A model generated the notes under the pieces. That model did not search any database, was not told the origin of the DNA, and was given only the letters and a program-made list of their open reading frames with translations. DNA of 64,000 nucleotides, counting the filler, from Candidatus Babelota bacterium (GTDB taxonomy: Bacteria > JAGOBX01): the NCBI GenBank assembly GCA_017999075.1. It is 13 parts of 13 records of this genome, joined end to end, with 100 filler letters (N's around TTAATTAATTAA, not from the genome) between each part and the next. Parts side by side here need not be neighbours in the genome. Positions count along the whole stretch, not along the records: positions 1 to 2,552 come from JAGOBX010000586.1; positions 2,653 to 5,204 come from JAGOBX010000587.1; positions 5,305 to 16,698 come from JAGOBX010000067.1; 10 more parts are not named here. One strand, given 5' to 3'. Shown here piece by piece: positions 1-10,870 of the stretch. A program made the translations under genes and the position numbers. Every line of letters begins with the position of its first letter. Position 1 is the stretch's first letter.

Positions 1-282
1 AATATTTGAATTCCAGCACGGGTTTTCAATTAAACTTTTTTTAATTATCCCAACCAGTTCAGAATTCTGGCTGCGGAGCATCAGATCCACTATCCAGTCA
101 AGTATTTCATTTGATTTTGGATTCGCCGTGTTAAATTTATTTACTAAAAAAACTGTTTTTTGCATTTCATCAAGCGTTCTATAATAGATCTGCTCTTCAG
201 CCAATTCTATTGCGCGTATAACTGGTTTGTTTATTATTCGTTCTATTCGGGTCAAATTTTTATTTTCCTTATCATTTATCAT
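1..282 (-). CDS. hypothetical protein, runs off the window start
   Basis: ATG at 282 overlaps the TGA of the upstream gene (ATGA). The frame MINDKENKNLTRIERIINKP... stays open to position 1. Not in the ORF track. Confidence 0.65.
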   Translation of the reverse strand, partial: MINDKENKNLTRIERIINKPVIRAIELAEEQIYYRTLDEMQKTVFLVNKFNTANPKSNEILDWIVDLMLRSQNSELVGIIKKSLIENPCWNSNI

Positions 283-2468
283 TTCACTTCAAACGCATTC
301 TCAATGATTTCAGAATACTCGTCGCTGTCTTTTTCATTTGATTCATAACCCGGTTGAATTCGTCTTATATATTGATCTTCTTCGCAAACAATATTTCTCG
401 AACCCTGCATTTTCAAAGAAGATTTTCTTCCCCAGCACACAGCGTCAATAACTTTATCATTATCATCTACAAGAATTACATCGTCGCCTTTTGCAGATAA
501 CTGAAAATCTCCTACAACATTGAGATTTGGAATTGGATTATCTTTTTCTTTAGCTATTACTTTCTTTTTACCCTGTTTGATAGAATTATCAGTATTAGCT
601 TCAATATCGGGTTTTTTATTATATTTTGCGATATAAAAATCAGCGTCTGCGCAAATAATGAATTCTGCATTTGGTTTTATAATGAATTCAGGTTTATTTG
701 GAATTATCCAAATTCCTTCTTTATTTGACTCTGGAAGGGAGTCATATAGCCGCCAATTATTAATTTTTATAGGGTTATCCGTAGGATTATACAGTTTAAT
801 CCAATTATTATGGCGTTTATCTTTTTCTTCGCAAGCCGGATAATACATTACTTCCTGAATAACAATATGCGCTGCTTTTATGCTGTCGGCCAATAATTTT
901 ACATTATATATATTTTCAACCGCTTTCAGAATTCCTCCTTTTTCCGAACTCATCACAGAAAACAAAGTTTGAGGAATTTTTTCGGTTGATACAATATTGT
1001 AAGTTCTGAAATCATTTAATTCTAATTCTATTTTTTCATTCACATTCAGATTGCAATTTTCAAGCAATAAATAAACTTGTTCTTTTTTATTGTCAATTAT
1101 TGAAAGTTTGATTTTAGAATTTTGTGTTCCTAATATTTTTACAGAATTCTGCAATCCACTCCATTCCCAGTTTGCTGGAAAAGCAATTCGTAATGTGTCA
1201 ATAATTGTTTTTTCTTTATTGGTAAAGGTTATTTTAAGTGGCTGCTTATAGTATTTTCCTGCAACGAATGATTCCGGAAAAATTTTAATTATTCCGGAAC
1301 CATCGCCTTTCAAATATACTTTTATACCGGATTTATCATACTTTGAAATCTGATTATTTGAAACAAACCGCGCTGAAATATTTAATTTATTTTTAGATTG
1401 TTCAGGCATTCCTGCTTCCAATGCATCTAATGAACCAAGTGATACGATTTCCGAACTAAATGGCTTTATTACAATATCAGAAAATTCTACAGTGTTTTCC
1501 AACGAACCGGTTTTATTTTTTTTTTTATTTCCTTTAAATTTAATTTTAGATTTGAAATCTTCCGATTTTTTATTTATTTTCTTTCTTTCACCGGTTTTTT
1601 TTCCCTGATTATTATCGGGAATATTTTCTATCAATTTTAAATTTTCAGGCACTTCAATATCAATTCGAGAAATATAAGAAGAAGTTTTATTTGTTATTTG
1701 AACAAATATTTCTTCCGGCTCTCCTGCTGTAATCGCATCATTTAATACAACGACGGAAACAGAATCAATATTTAAATCTCCGGAAACTCCCGGACTTCCA
1801 AAATAATTAAAATCTCTTATGGATTTCCAATTTAAAGGATTATTTCCGTCTTCATTAAAATTAATTCGTTCAATAGATGAATTATACGATATTGGCCATG
1901 GATACCCCGATAAATAATTCACACTGTCAGATAAATTTCCGTAATTATCATAGACCCGTATTTCGCAGCCTTTATTATGAAGAATTATATATTTCTGCAT
2001 TCGTTCATATTCATTTAAACCTATTACTGGACACATCCGGGTTAATGAAAAATGATACGGCAATTGTTTATTGGACGCATCAAATATCTTTGCGTTTCTT
2101 GCAATAATTAAAAAACCCATTGGCGGAAGAGTTATATCTTCCGATAATTCAAATTTAATAGCACTGTCAGGAAAATCAGCATTTCCTGCGGATATTTTAT
2201 ACCCATTTACATTTAAAGGTTCAGCCGCATTATTTAATAATTCTATCCATTCATAATCCTCGTCTTTTAAAATATTTTCATTAATTGATGATGGCGGGTT
2301 ATACATAATTTCGGATATTAAAAGTTTTGCATCAGCATAAAAAGGAATAATAATAAAAATAAATACCAATAAAAAAATCTTATAACTTTTTTTCTTTTTA
2401 ATAATTTTATATTTATTAGATATGAAATTATAAAAAAATAATTCACCCCAAAAATCAGATAATATCAT
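279..2468 (-). CDS. secreted lamin-tail-domain (LTD) protein with two LTDs
   Basis: Hydrophobic signal-like N-terminus. Two LTD-like motifs: LLISEIMYNP...EWIELLN...NGYKI and IVIQEVMYYP...WIKLYNPT...NNWRL. Confidence 0.75.
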   Translation of the reverse strand: MILSDFWGELFFYNFISNKYKIIKKKKSYKIFLLVFIFIIIPFYADAKLLISEIMYNPPSSINENILKDEDYEWIELLNNAAEPLNVNGYKISAGNADFPDSAIKFELSEDITLPPMGFLIIARNAKIFDASNKQLPYHFSLTRMCPVIGLNEYERMQKYIILHNKGCEIRVYDNYGNLSDSVNYLSGYPWPISYNSSIERINFNEDGNNPLNWKSIRDFNYFGSPGVSGDLNIDSVSVVVLNDAITAGEPEEIFVQITNKTSSYISRIDIEVPENLKLIENIPDNNQGKKTGERKKINKKSEDFKSKIKFKGNKKKNKTGSLENTVEFSDIVIKPFSSEIVSLGSLDALEAGMPEQSKNKLNISARFVSNNQISKYDKSGIKVYLKGDGSGIIKIFPESFVAGKYYKQPLKITFTNKEKTIIDTLRIAFPANWEWSGLQNSVKILGTQNSKIKLSIIDNKKEQVYLLLENCNLNVNEKIELELNDFRTYNIVSTEKIPQTLFSVMSSEKGGILKAVENIYNVKLLADSIKAAHIVIQEVMYYPACEEKDKRHNNWIKLYNPTDNPIKINNWRLYDSLPESNKEGIWIIPNKPEFIIKPNAEFIICADADFYIAKYNKKPDIEANTDNSIKQGKKKVIAKEKDNPIPNLNVVGDFQLSAKGDDVILVDDNDKVIDAVCWGRKSSLKMQGSRNIVCEEDQYIRRIQPGYESNEKDSDEYSEIIENAFEVK

Positions 2469-2552
2469 AATTACACCTTCTATTTTATAATTTTTATTTT
2501 TGATATAATTAAATAATTAAAAAAACAATAATTTTGACTTTTACTCTATTAC

Positions 2553-2652
2553 NNNNNNNNNNNNNNNNNNNNNNNNNNNNNNNNNNNNNNNNNNNNTTAA
2601 TTAATTAANNNNNNNNNNNNNNNNNNNNNNNNNNNNNNNNNNNNNNNNNNNN
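2553..2652. other. artificial contig linker (N-run + TTAATTAATTAA + N-run)
   Basis: 100-nt six-frame-stop linker. The same linker recurs at 5205-5304, 16699-16798, 19348-19447, 21993-22092, 33415-33514, 44836-44935, 47463-47562, 50087-50186, 52706-52805, 55320-55419 and 57934-58033. Confidence 0.99.
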
Positions 2653-5204
2653 AAATAACGGTATTACATCTGTAAAATTTAACAGTTCGCTTGATGCAGT
2701 TGAATTTGCAATATCAAAATTTGCTATGCAGTCAATGGGATGGTCATCGGGTTCTCCTTTAAAAATGCAGTGCTTTACCGTAAAAGACGGGACTAATGAC
2801 GGACTTGGGGAAATTTCCGGTAAACCTGATATTACAGATGCTGTAGGAGTTTCAGTAAACCCGTGGGATACTGTTGTTGCAGGAATAGGTAATTTAGCTG
2901 GTTATGTCAGCTCTACTGATACAACAGGAAGAGCAAAATATTCTGTAATTATTCATGGAAATCAGTCATTAAATCCGCTTGATGCTATTTCGTCATGGAT
3001 ATATGATGATGTAAACGTTACTCCGAACGGTAATCCGACAGGATACCATAGAACTATTGAAACGCATTTGAATTATAAAGTTCCTGTTAATATTCATAAC
3101 AGCGCTTCACTGGCGACAGTTCTTCAGTTTTCTTCTCATAATGATTCAAAACGCGATGGAATAAGGTTTAATTCTTTAATATCTTCTATTGTTAACAATT
3201 ATGACTCTGGAGCTTTAATCGGCGGTGTTTACGGCGAACATATTATGCCTTATTTTGAAGGAGAGGTTAATTCTAAATCACTTGAAATCGGAACACGAGT
3301 TTTGATGAATATTTATAATCTTATAAAAAAACCTCGGGTATTCTGGGTTCCTGAACGGGTTATCAAAGGTTCTACTTTCAGAGATATTATTAATAATTAT
3401 ATTACCGGTCAACCTACTGGATATACAGCTGCAATACTTGATGAAATTACACATCTTAAAAGCTGGTACGGAACTGATAATCCGAATAAAATTCATACTA
3501 TAAACGGCGTGAAATGTTTTATGATAAATGATAATGCGGATCAAAAAAAATTCTGGGTTCAGGACGGAGGTCTGCATCTTGAAACAAGAAAATTATTATT
3601 GGATAAAGCGAAAAGTTCTGATCAGGAACAACTTGTTCTGGTGTTTGACGATTGGGAAGCATACGCAGGAAAATCGTTTGGAAGCGGTGTTAATGACAAC
3701 CCTGATAATTATGATAAAACAATCAAATGGATTGCAAATCACCAATGGATAGAAGTTGTAACGCTTGAACAGATTCTTGATAGAAATTGGAAAACAATCG
3801 AACATGTCAATAATAACTTATTGAGTTTGCAGACATACGAATGGCTTAAACACGCTTCTGATAACAGTTATGACAACTGGTATAACGGCTCAAGTTATGA
3901 AGATAGTTTTAAAGATGCGGTTCCTGTATTAACAGGCCAGAGATACGGAAGTAAAACATTAATTTCAAACAATAAAAAATACGGGGATATAAACACAACC
4001 GGAACTATAATACGGGATGTCTGGGATTCGATTAAATCTTCTCCTGATAATAATTTGAAAGAATTAGCATATTATGCTTATGAAATGCTCATATTTGAAA
4101 CTGCGTGGCATGATGAAGATAATAACGATTATGCTAAAAATTCTGACGGAACATGGGTATATCCTGATATTTCACGCGATAATATCAGCGGGTGGGCATT
4201 AAACCTTCATGGTCAAATTAGACAGATTGGAATAATAACTGCTGCAGCGACATGGGCTGAAAATGTTAAAACAGGAGCTCAGTCATCAACTGCTTCTGCT
4301 CAATTACTGGATCTTGATTTTGATGGCGAAAGCGAATATGTTTTAAAAAACAATAAAGTGTTTGCAGTTTTTGAAAATGATGGAGGAAGGTTAGTTGCCG
4401 GTTTTGCATACGATCCAGGAATAGGCGGAATAATATGTGTTGGCGCGCCTTCGATTAATAGTGATTATGAAGGCGAAGAAGAAGGAGTAAAACGGTGCAG
4501 TTCGTTTAAAGATTTGAATGAAGACAAGTATGTGAATGATATTTATTCGGTTCAGATTGGGACTAACTCTTTGCAGTTCACTTCCTCTGACGGAAAAATA
4601 CAGAAAACAATAACTTTAAACAACAATAGTGACGTTTTGAATGCTTTGTACGCTGAAACAGTAAATGGTCCCTTATATGTAAGATTCGGATTTGCTCCGA
4701 ATAATATTGATTTGCTTAATAATGGAAGGGAAAATCTTATTGAAATAGGAAGTCCTTCAAGTGATTTTTATGGGATAAAAAATATTAACGGAGGTCAGGC
4801 ATTTATTAGTTTTGGTTCTGCAAAGTATAATAGCAGTTCTACAAGAAATAATAAAAATCTTCCGTTGATTACCGAATATGAAATTTATGGAGATACATTG
4901 TTTGAGTTTGGTTTAACAATGAACAACGGAGCCGGAGGTATTGATAATATAAAACCTGTTATCGTAAGCGTTGTTCCTGTTGACAATACTACTTTGGATG
5001 TTTTGTTCAGCGAATATATTTCTGATTCTTCAGCAAGAATCCTTTCAAATTATTCTATTTCAGTTTCAAGCGCGCCTTCGCAGACATTACAGGTATTGTA
5101 TGCTCAGTTAAAAGAAAATAAGACTGCAGTACGTTTGACTACATCTCCGCAAAACGCAGTTGATTATAATATTACAATAAATAATATTCAGGATAGAGCT
5201 GTTC
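2653..5204 (+). CDS. GH57-like glycoside hydrolase with C-terminal Ig-like domain, partial at both ends
   Basis: GH57-type motifs HGNQ, GGVYGEHIMPYF, FWVPERV and VFDDWE. C-terminal KPVIVSV...LDVLFSE...NYSI resembles a bacterial Ig-like module. Confidence 0.6.
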
Positions 5205-5492
5205 NNNNNNNNNNNNNNNNNNNNNNNNNNNNNNNNNNNNNNNNNNNNTTAATTAATTAANNNNNNNNNNNNNNNNNNNNNNNNNNNNNNNNNNNNNNNN
5301 NNNNTATTCTTACGTTGCATAATTTTCAATTCTTATTTTCAAATGGGAGGTTTACAGTTTTTTTTTTAATGTAAAATTACAAATATCATGGATATAAAAT
5401 GCAGAACGTAATTAACCGTAGTTAATCTGTAATACCTCCCCTCCAAAAATTAATGAAAATTAGTTAAAACCAATGAAAATTCAAAAAACTTC

Positions 5493-5521
5493 TTGACAAA
5501 GAAAATAAAATTAAATAAAAT
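5493..5521 (+). promoter_or_regulatory. sigma70-type promoter upstream of the tRNA
   Basis: TTGACA (5493-5498), 17-nt spacer, TAAAAT (5516-5521). Confidence 0.6.
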
Positions 5522-5578
5522 AAAAAAGTTTAGTAAAACCTTGATTTTTCAAGAGTTAGAAGAAATTTTAAAATAAAT

Positions 5579-5652
5579 GCCCCCGTAGCTCAGTTGGATA
5601 GAGCAGAGGTTTCCTAAACCTTTGGTCGGACGTTCAAGTCGTCTCGGGGGTA
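5579..5652 (+). tRNA. tRNA-Arg (anticodon CCT)
   Basis: Cloverleaf: acceptor GCCCCCG/CGGGGGT, D-arm GCTC/GAGC, anticodon arm GAGGT-TTCCTAA-ACCTT, T-arm GGACG-TTCAAGT-CGTCT. CCA is not encoded. Confidence 0.97.
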
Positions 5653-5756
5653 CTAATTATTACTTTATAAATTTTTACTGTAATTTTACTGTTAAAGATT
5701 TTGTTAAAAATAAAAGTTTAGAATATAATATATAGAATAAAAATTATTTTTTTTAA

Positions 5757-6746
<990 letters not shown>

Positions 6747-6766
6747 TTTAATACAGGGGGGAAAAA

Positions 6767-7216
6767 ATGAGTTTAAAATTTTCTGTAACTTTTTCTGATA
6801 TACAGGATTTTTCACAAGTTTTTCCGAATCTTGAATCTTCTGAAATAAAAAAATTGGAAAAATTTTTGGTGCAGCAGAAATATCCTGCTAAGATACCGAT
6901 TTGCACTGAAGGTCAACCCGGAGATGGAATGTTTTTGATAAACCATGGTACAGTTAAAGTTATGAAAAAAATACCTGGCGCATCAAAGCAGATAGGCAAA
7001 CTTGAAAAAGGCGATGTGTTTGGAGAAATTTCATTTTTGACCAATAGCGCTTTTACTGCAACAGTATATAGTGAAACAGAATGTGAAATCACATGTCTTC
7101 CGCGCGAAAAATTTGAAGAAATAGAAAAAAAAGATATTAAACTTGCATATAAAATAGTTCTTGCTTTATCTAAAGTTTTGTCTGAAAAATTATTAACGGT
7201 AAATCAATTATTATGA
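6767..7216 (+). CDS. stand-alone cyclic-nucleotide-binding domain protein
   Basis: EGQPGDGMFLI..G.V and GDVFGEISFL motifs; no C-terminal HTH. Confidence 0.85.
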   Translation: MSLKFSVTFSDIQDFSQVFPNLESSEIKKLEKFLVQQKYPAKIPICTEGQPGDGMFLINHGTVKVMKKIPGASKQIGKLEKGDVFGEISFLTNSAFTATVYSETECEITCLPREKFEEIEKKDIKLAYKIVLALSKVLSEKLLTVNQLL

Positions 7217-7839
7217 AAAAATCAGATGATAATTTTTTTAATGGAAATTTTTTGTCGGATTTTTTTGACAAAGAAATTATAAATTGGCATAGAATCAAAT
7301 CTTCGAAAAAAATATATTCTTCAGTACTGGCGAAAAAGGTAGTAAACAAGACTATTTTATTGTTATTATATTATAATTATACTTTATGGCATCTTGAAGA
7401 TAAAGCTCGTGTAAAAAATGTATCTGATTCTGTTATTGCCGATGTGAAACGTAATATAGACACTGCGAATCAACTTCGAAATAACACAATAGAATTGATA
7501 GATGAATTAATTGAAAAAAAACTAAATAATGTTAAGTTGTTGAAAAATTCGTATTTGAGTACTGAAACTATCGGGGCAGCAATAGACAGATTGAGTATAA
7601 TATCACTTAAAATATTTCATATGAAAGAAGAAACTTTGAGAAAAGATGCTGATTCTGAACATAAAATAAAATGCGGTTCTAAGCTTCAGGTTCTTATGAT
7701 GCAGCGTGCCGGTCTTGCCGAAGCGATCAATATTTTATATGAAAAAATTGGAAAAGGAATGATTCAGCATAAAATTTACAGACAGATGAAAATGTATAAT
7801 GATCCTTCACTTAATCCAGAGGTTTATAAGTCTAAATGA
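7213..7839 (+). CDS. DUF4254-like protein
   Basis: LWHLEDKAR, IDTANQLRN, TETIGAAIDRLSI, QMKMYNDPSLNP. Confidence 0.75.
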   Translation: MKKSDDNFFNGNFLSDFFDKEIINWHRIKSSKKIYSSVLAKKVVNKTILLLLYYNYTLWHLEDKARVKNVSDSVIADVKRNIDTANQLRNNTIELIDELIEKKLNNVKLLKNSYLSTETIGAAIDRLSIISLKIFHMKEETLRKDADSEHKIKCGSKLQVLMMQRAGLAEAINILYEKIGKGMIQHKIYRQMKMYNDPSLNPEVYKSK

Positions 7840-8756
7840 TATTTTTCCGCTGCAATATTTTTGTTAATTTGTTTTTCTTTTTTTTTCTATCGATGTTTTT
7901 AAATGCTTGCGGAAAAATAATTATTAAACCTGATATTTCCAATATACCTAATCAGAGTATTGAAATTTTAAATGCTGATTATGATCCTGCTACTAAAATT
8001 TATAAAACAGAAATAGACGATATTGTGATATTATTAAGATATGCCGATCTTAATTTTTTATCTGAAAAATTTTCATATATTGTAACTAATAATAAAACAT
8101 GGACGAGTAAAGAATTATATTGCATACCGTTTTATATTCTTCAGAAAGATAATGACGCCACTCAAAACGGGAATGATTCTGGCACTCAGAGTTATGTTTA
8201 TAAAACAGCTTTAACGCCTTTTTATATCAGCATAAAAAATAAAAATGATAATAAAATATTTATTGATATGGAAAAAAATGCTGTTATAGTTGACGATGAT
8301 GGCCGGCAATATAGCGCTTTAAGTTATGAAGCACTTCAAAAATACAATTTGAATTTTTCTTATAGAGAGAAAAAAAATTCTGCCATAATAAAGAAAGTAA
8401 TGATGCCGATATTTAAATATTCGGGAATTACAATGCTTACGGATATGGTTTCTGCTACTCCGGCTGCTAAATTGAGTTTATTTAATGTATCATTTGATGA
8501 TGTAACTAAAACTGTTACAAAAGTAAATAATATTTATGATTATAAATACGATTATCCTTTTTCAGAAAATATAATGTTCAAAACGAAACAGATATATCCT
8601 GATGTTATAGAAAACGGATTTTTAGTTTTTATGTTTCTTCCTTCTGATTCAGAAAAATTTCATTTGATTATTTCTGATATAATAACAAAATTCGGCGAAG
8701 ACGGTTCTCCTAAAAAATCAGTATCAATTAAAATGGAAATAAAGAAAAAACAATGA
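7836..8756 (+). CDS. hypothetical lipoprotein
   Basis: Hydrophobic N-terminus with lipobox-like LNAC. Overlaps both neighbours by 4 nt. Confidence 0.6.
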   Translation: MIFFRCNIFVNLFFFFFLSMFLNACGKIIIKPDISNIPNQSIEILNADYDPATKIYKTEIDDIVILLRYADLNFLSEKFSYIVTNNKTWTSKELYCIPFYILQKDNDATQNGNDSGTQSYVYKTALTPFYISIKNKNDNKIFIDMEKNAVIVDDDGRQYSALSYEALQKYNLNFSYREKKNSAIIKKVMMPIFKYSGITMLTDMVSATPAAKLSLFNVSFDDVTKTVTKVNNIYDYKYDYPFSENIMFKTKQIYPDVIENGFLVFMFLPSDSEKFHLIISDIITKFGEDGSPKKSVSIKMEIKKKQ

Positions 8757-9310
8757 AAAAATGGATATCAACAGGCATAATAATATTATTAATCGATTAT
8801 TTAACTAAAATATACGTTAAAACCAATTTTTTTTCAGGACAATCTTTTTCAGTTATTTCGGATTTTTTTAAGATAACTTATGTTAAAAATGAAGGAATAG
8901 CTTTTGGTATGTTTCAGGAACACAGCTCTCTTTTTTTATTTTTAACTCCGGCAGCTATAATAATATTAACGATAATATTTTATAAATCTCCGATAAAAAG
9001 TTTTCTTACAAAGATAGCGTTTACTTTTATTATAACAGGAGCAATTGGAAATTATATAGACAGATTATCTTATGGATTTGTTATAGATTTTTTAGATTTT
9101 GAATTTATTGATATAATAATAAATCCTTTTTCATTACTGGATATTGATTTTCAAGGATACTATTTAACGCGGTGGCCGGCTTTTAATATTGCGGATTCAG
9201 CTATATCAGTCGGTGTAGCAATATTATTTTTTGAATCAATAATTTTGAATTTTAAGAAAAAAGAAGATAACAAGGTTAATGATTATTTACCTTCTGAGAA
9301 TCAGGAATAA
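8753..9310 (+). CDS. lspA: lipoprotein signal peptidase II
   Basis: DYLTK, NEGIAFG, GAIGNYIDR, VIDF, FNIADSAI. Confidence 0.95.
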   Translation: MKKWISTGIIILLIDYLTKIYVKTNFFSGQSFSVISDFFKITYVKNEGIAFGMFQEHSSLFLFLTPAAIIILTIIFYKSPIKSFLTKIAFTFIITGAIGNYIDRLSYGFVIDFLDFEFIDIIINPFSLLDIDFQGYYLTRWPAFNIADSAISVGVAILFFESIILNFKKKEDNKVNDYLPSENQE

Positions 9311-9354
9311 AATTTTTAAAAATAAATTAATCAAAAATTTTTGAGATTTATATT

Positions 9355-10197
9355 ATGCATCCTATTTTATTAACATTAACATTACCATTTAATATTCCAG
9401 TAATAGGAAATGTGATTACTGTATATACTTACGGTTTTTTTGCCGCATTAGGTTTTTTAAGCGGATATTTGTTGCTTTTATACCGTTCTAAAAAATATGG
9501 GATACCGCAGGAAATATCAGGAGATATTGCATTTTATTCATCTATAGCAGGAATTATAGGCGCAAGATTAAGTTATGTGATAGTTAACTGGGATTATTTT
9601 TCGGATAATTTATCTGAAATTTATAAAATTTATAACGGAGGAATAATTTTTTATGGCGGAGCCATAACAGGATTGGCTGCAGGCATATTGTTATCTTTAA
9701 TGAAAAAAAAGAATTTTTTTCAGATGCTTGATTTGGCCGTTCCATCGTTAACATTAGGCCATTTTTTTGGAAGAATAGGATGCTATATGTATGGGTGCTG
9801 TCATGGTTCGGTATGCGCCGCAAAATCTTTTATATGCTCTGTATTTCCTAAAGGATCTCCTGCATATGACAGGCAAGTAAAACTGGGATTGATTAATAAT
9901 TTAGATGTTCATGCTTTGCCTGTAATACCTACGCAACTTATAGAAGCAGTATTTTTATTTATTCTTACTTTTTTACTTTTAATATTTGATAAAAAATATA
10001 AAAAATATAATGGACAACTGTTTGTCTTATATTTGTTGCTTTATTCATTATTTAGGTTTATAATAGAGTTTTTTAGAGGAGATTATGATACTGAATTTAT
10101 ATTTTTTAGTATGATAACTTTTTCACAGATTATCAGTTTGGCTCTTTTTTTTACAGCTATAGTTATTTTTATGACTAAAGGACGAAAAAATATATGA
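9355..10197 (+). CDS. lgt: prolipoprotein diacylglyceryl transferase
   Basis: MHPIL, IIGARL, FYGG, GRIGC..GCCHG, PTQLIE, RFIIEFFRGD. Confidence 0.95.
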   Translation: MHPILLTLTLPFNIPVIGNVITVYTYGFFAALGFLSGYLLLLYRSKKYGIPQEISGDIAFYSSIAGIIGARLSYVIVNWDYFSDNLSEIYKIYNGGIIFYGGAITGLAAGILLSLMKKKNFFQMLDLAVPSLTLGHFFGRIGCYMYGCCHGSVCAAKSFICSVFPKGSPAYDRQVKLGLINNLDVHALPVIPTQLIEAVFLFILTFLLLIFDKKYKKYNGQLFVLYLLLYSLFRFIIEFFRGDYDTEFIFFSMITFSQIISLALFFTAIVIFMTKGRKNI

Positions 10198-10868
10198 GTA
10201 TAGGAACTAAACTTAAAGCATTGCGGTTTAGCATAGATATATCGGAAGAAGACTTGGCTAAATCTGTAGGAGTAACTGAAGAAAAAATAAAGTTCTGGGA
10301 AAAGGATTTAAGCAGACCTAATAATGCCACTCTTTCAAAAATAGCAGAATTTTTTAAAATTGATCTTGATTTTTTTTTTGAAGATGATTCTGCATCAGAA
10401 AATAAAACAGTTCAGGCAAAAAACGATATTGAAAAAACAGAGGTGTTGAAATCTACAGTAATTTCTCAAAAAGATGATGGTATGGAAGAAGAAAGTAATT
10501 TGAAAAATAAAGTTCAAGAAAATACTGTAGAATCGGCTAAAGAAGAAAAAATAAAAAATTTCAAACGTCAGATTGAGGCTAAGAAAAAAAATTCAGCGGT
10601 TGAACTAAATGTTTCAAAACCTCAAATAAATTTTTCTTCTGATTCAGTACATTCTGAAATCCTTGCCGAACTTAAAAAACTTAATGATAAAATAGATAAT
10701 ATGCTGGACGTAATAAAAAACAAACCTTCCTTCACTAATATTAAGCAGATCGAGACAACATACAGCATGGATTCAGCTAACGGCTTGTTAAAAAAAGGCT
10801 GGATATTGCTTGAATTGTTTAAAGATGAAAAAGGATTTTTAGGATACAGGTTAGGGAGAACAGATTAG
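10194..10868 (+). CDS. XRE-family HTH protein
   Basis: N-terminal IGTKLKALR...DLAKSVGV...WEKDLSRP...KIAEFF, followed by a charged linker. Confidence 0.8.
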   Translation: MSIGTKLKALRFSIDISEEDLAKSVGVTEEKIKFWEKDLSRPNNATLSKIAEFFKIDLDFFFEDDSASENKTVQAKNDIEKTEVLKSTVISQKDDGMEEESNLKNKVQENTVESAKEEKIKNFKRQIEAKKKNSAVELNVSKPQINFSSDSVHSEILAELKKLNDKIDNMLDVIKNKPSFTNIKQIETTYSMDSANGLLKKGWILLELFKDEKGFLGYRLGRTD

Positions 10869-10870
10869 AA

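Noticed and set aside
2597-2608. Recurrent TTAATTAATTAA palindrome as a biological repeat
   Set aside because: It is always centred in a 100-nt N-run and is an artificial linker. ORF-track proteins ending in X runs are truncations.
5579-5700. tRNA-Arg as an integration site
   Set aside because: No integrase nearby and no duplicated tRNA 3' end noticed; housekeeping genes follow.
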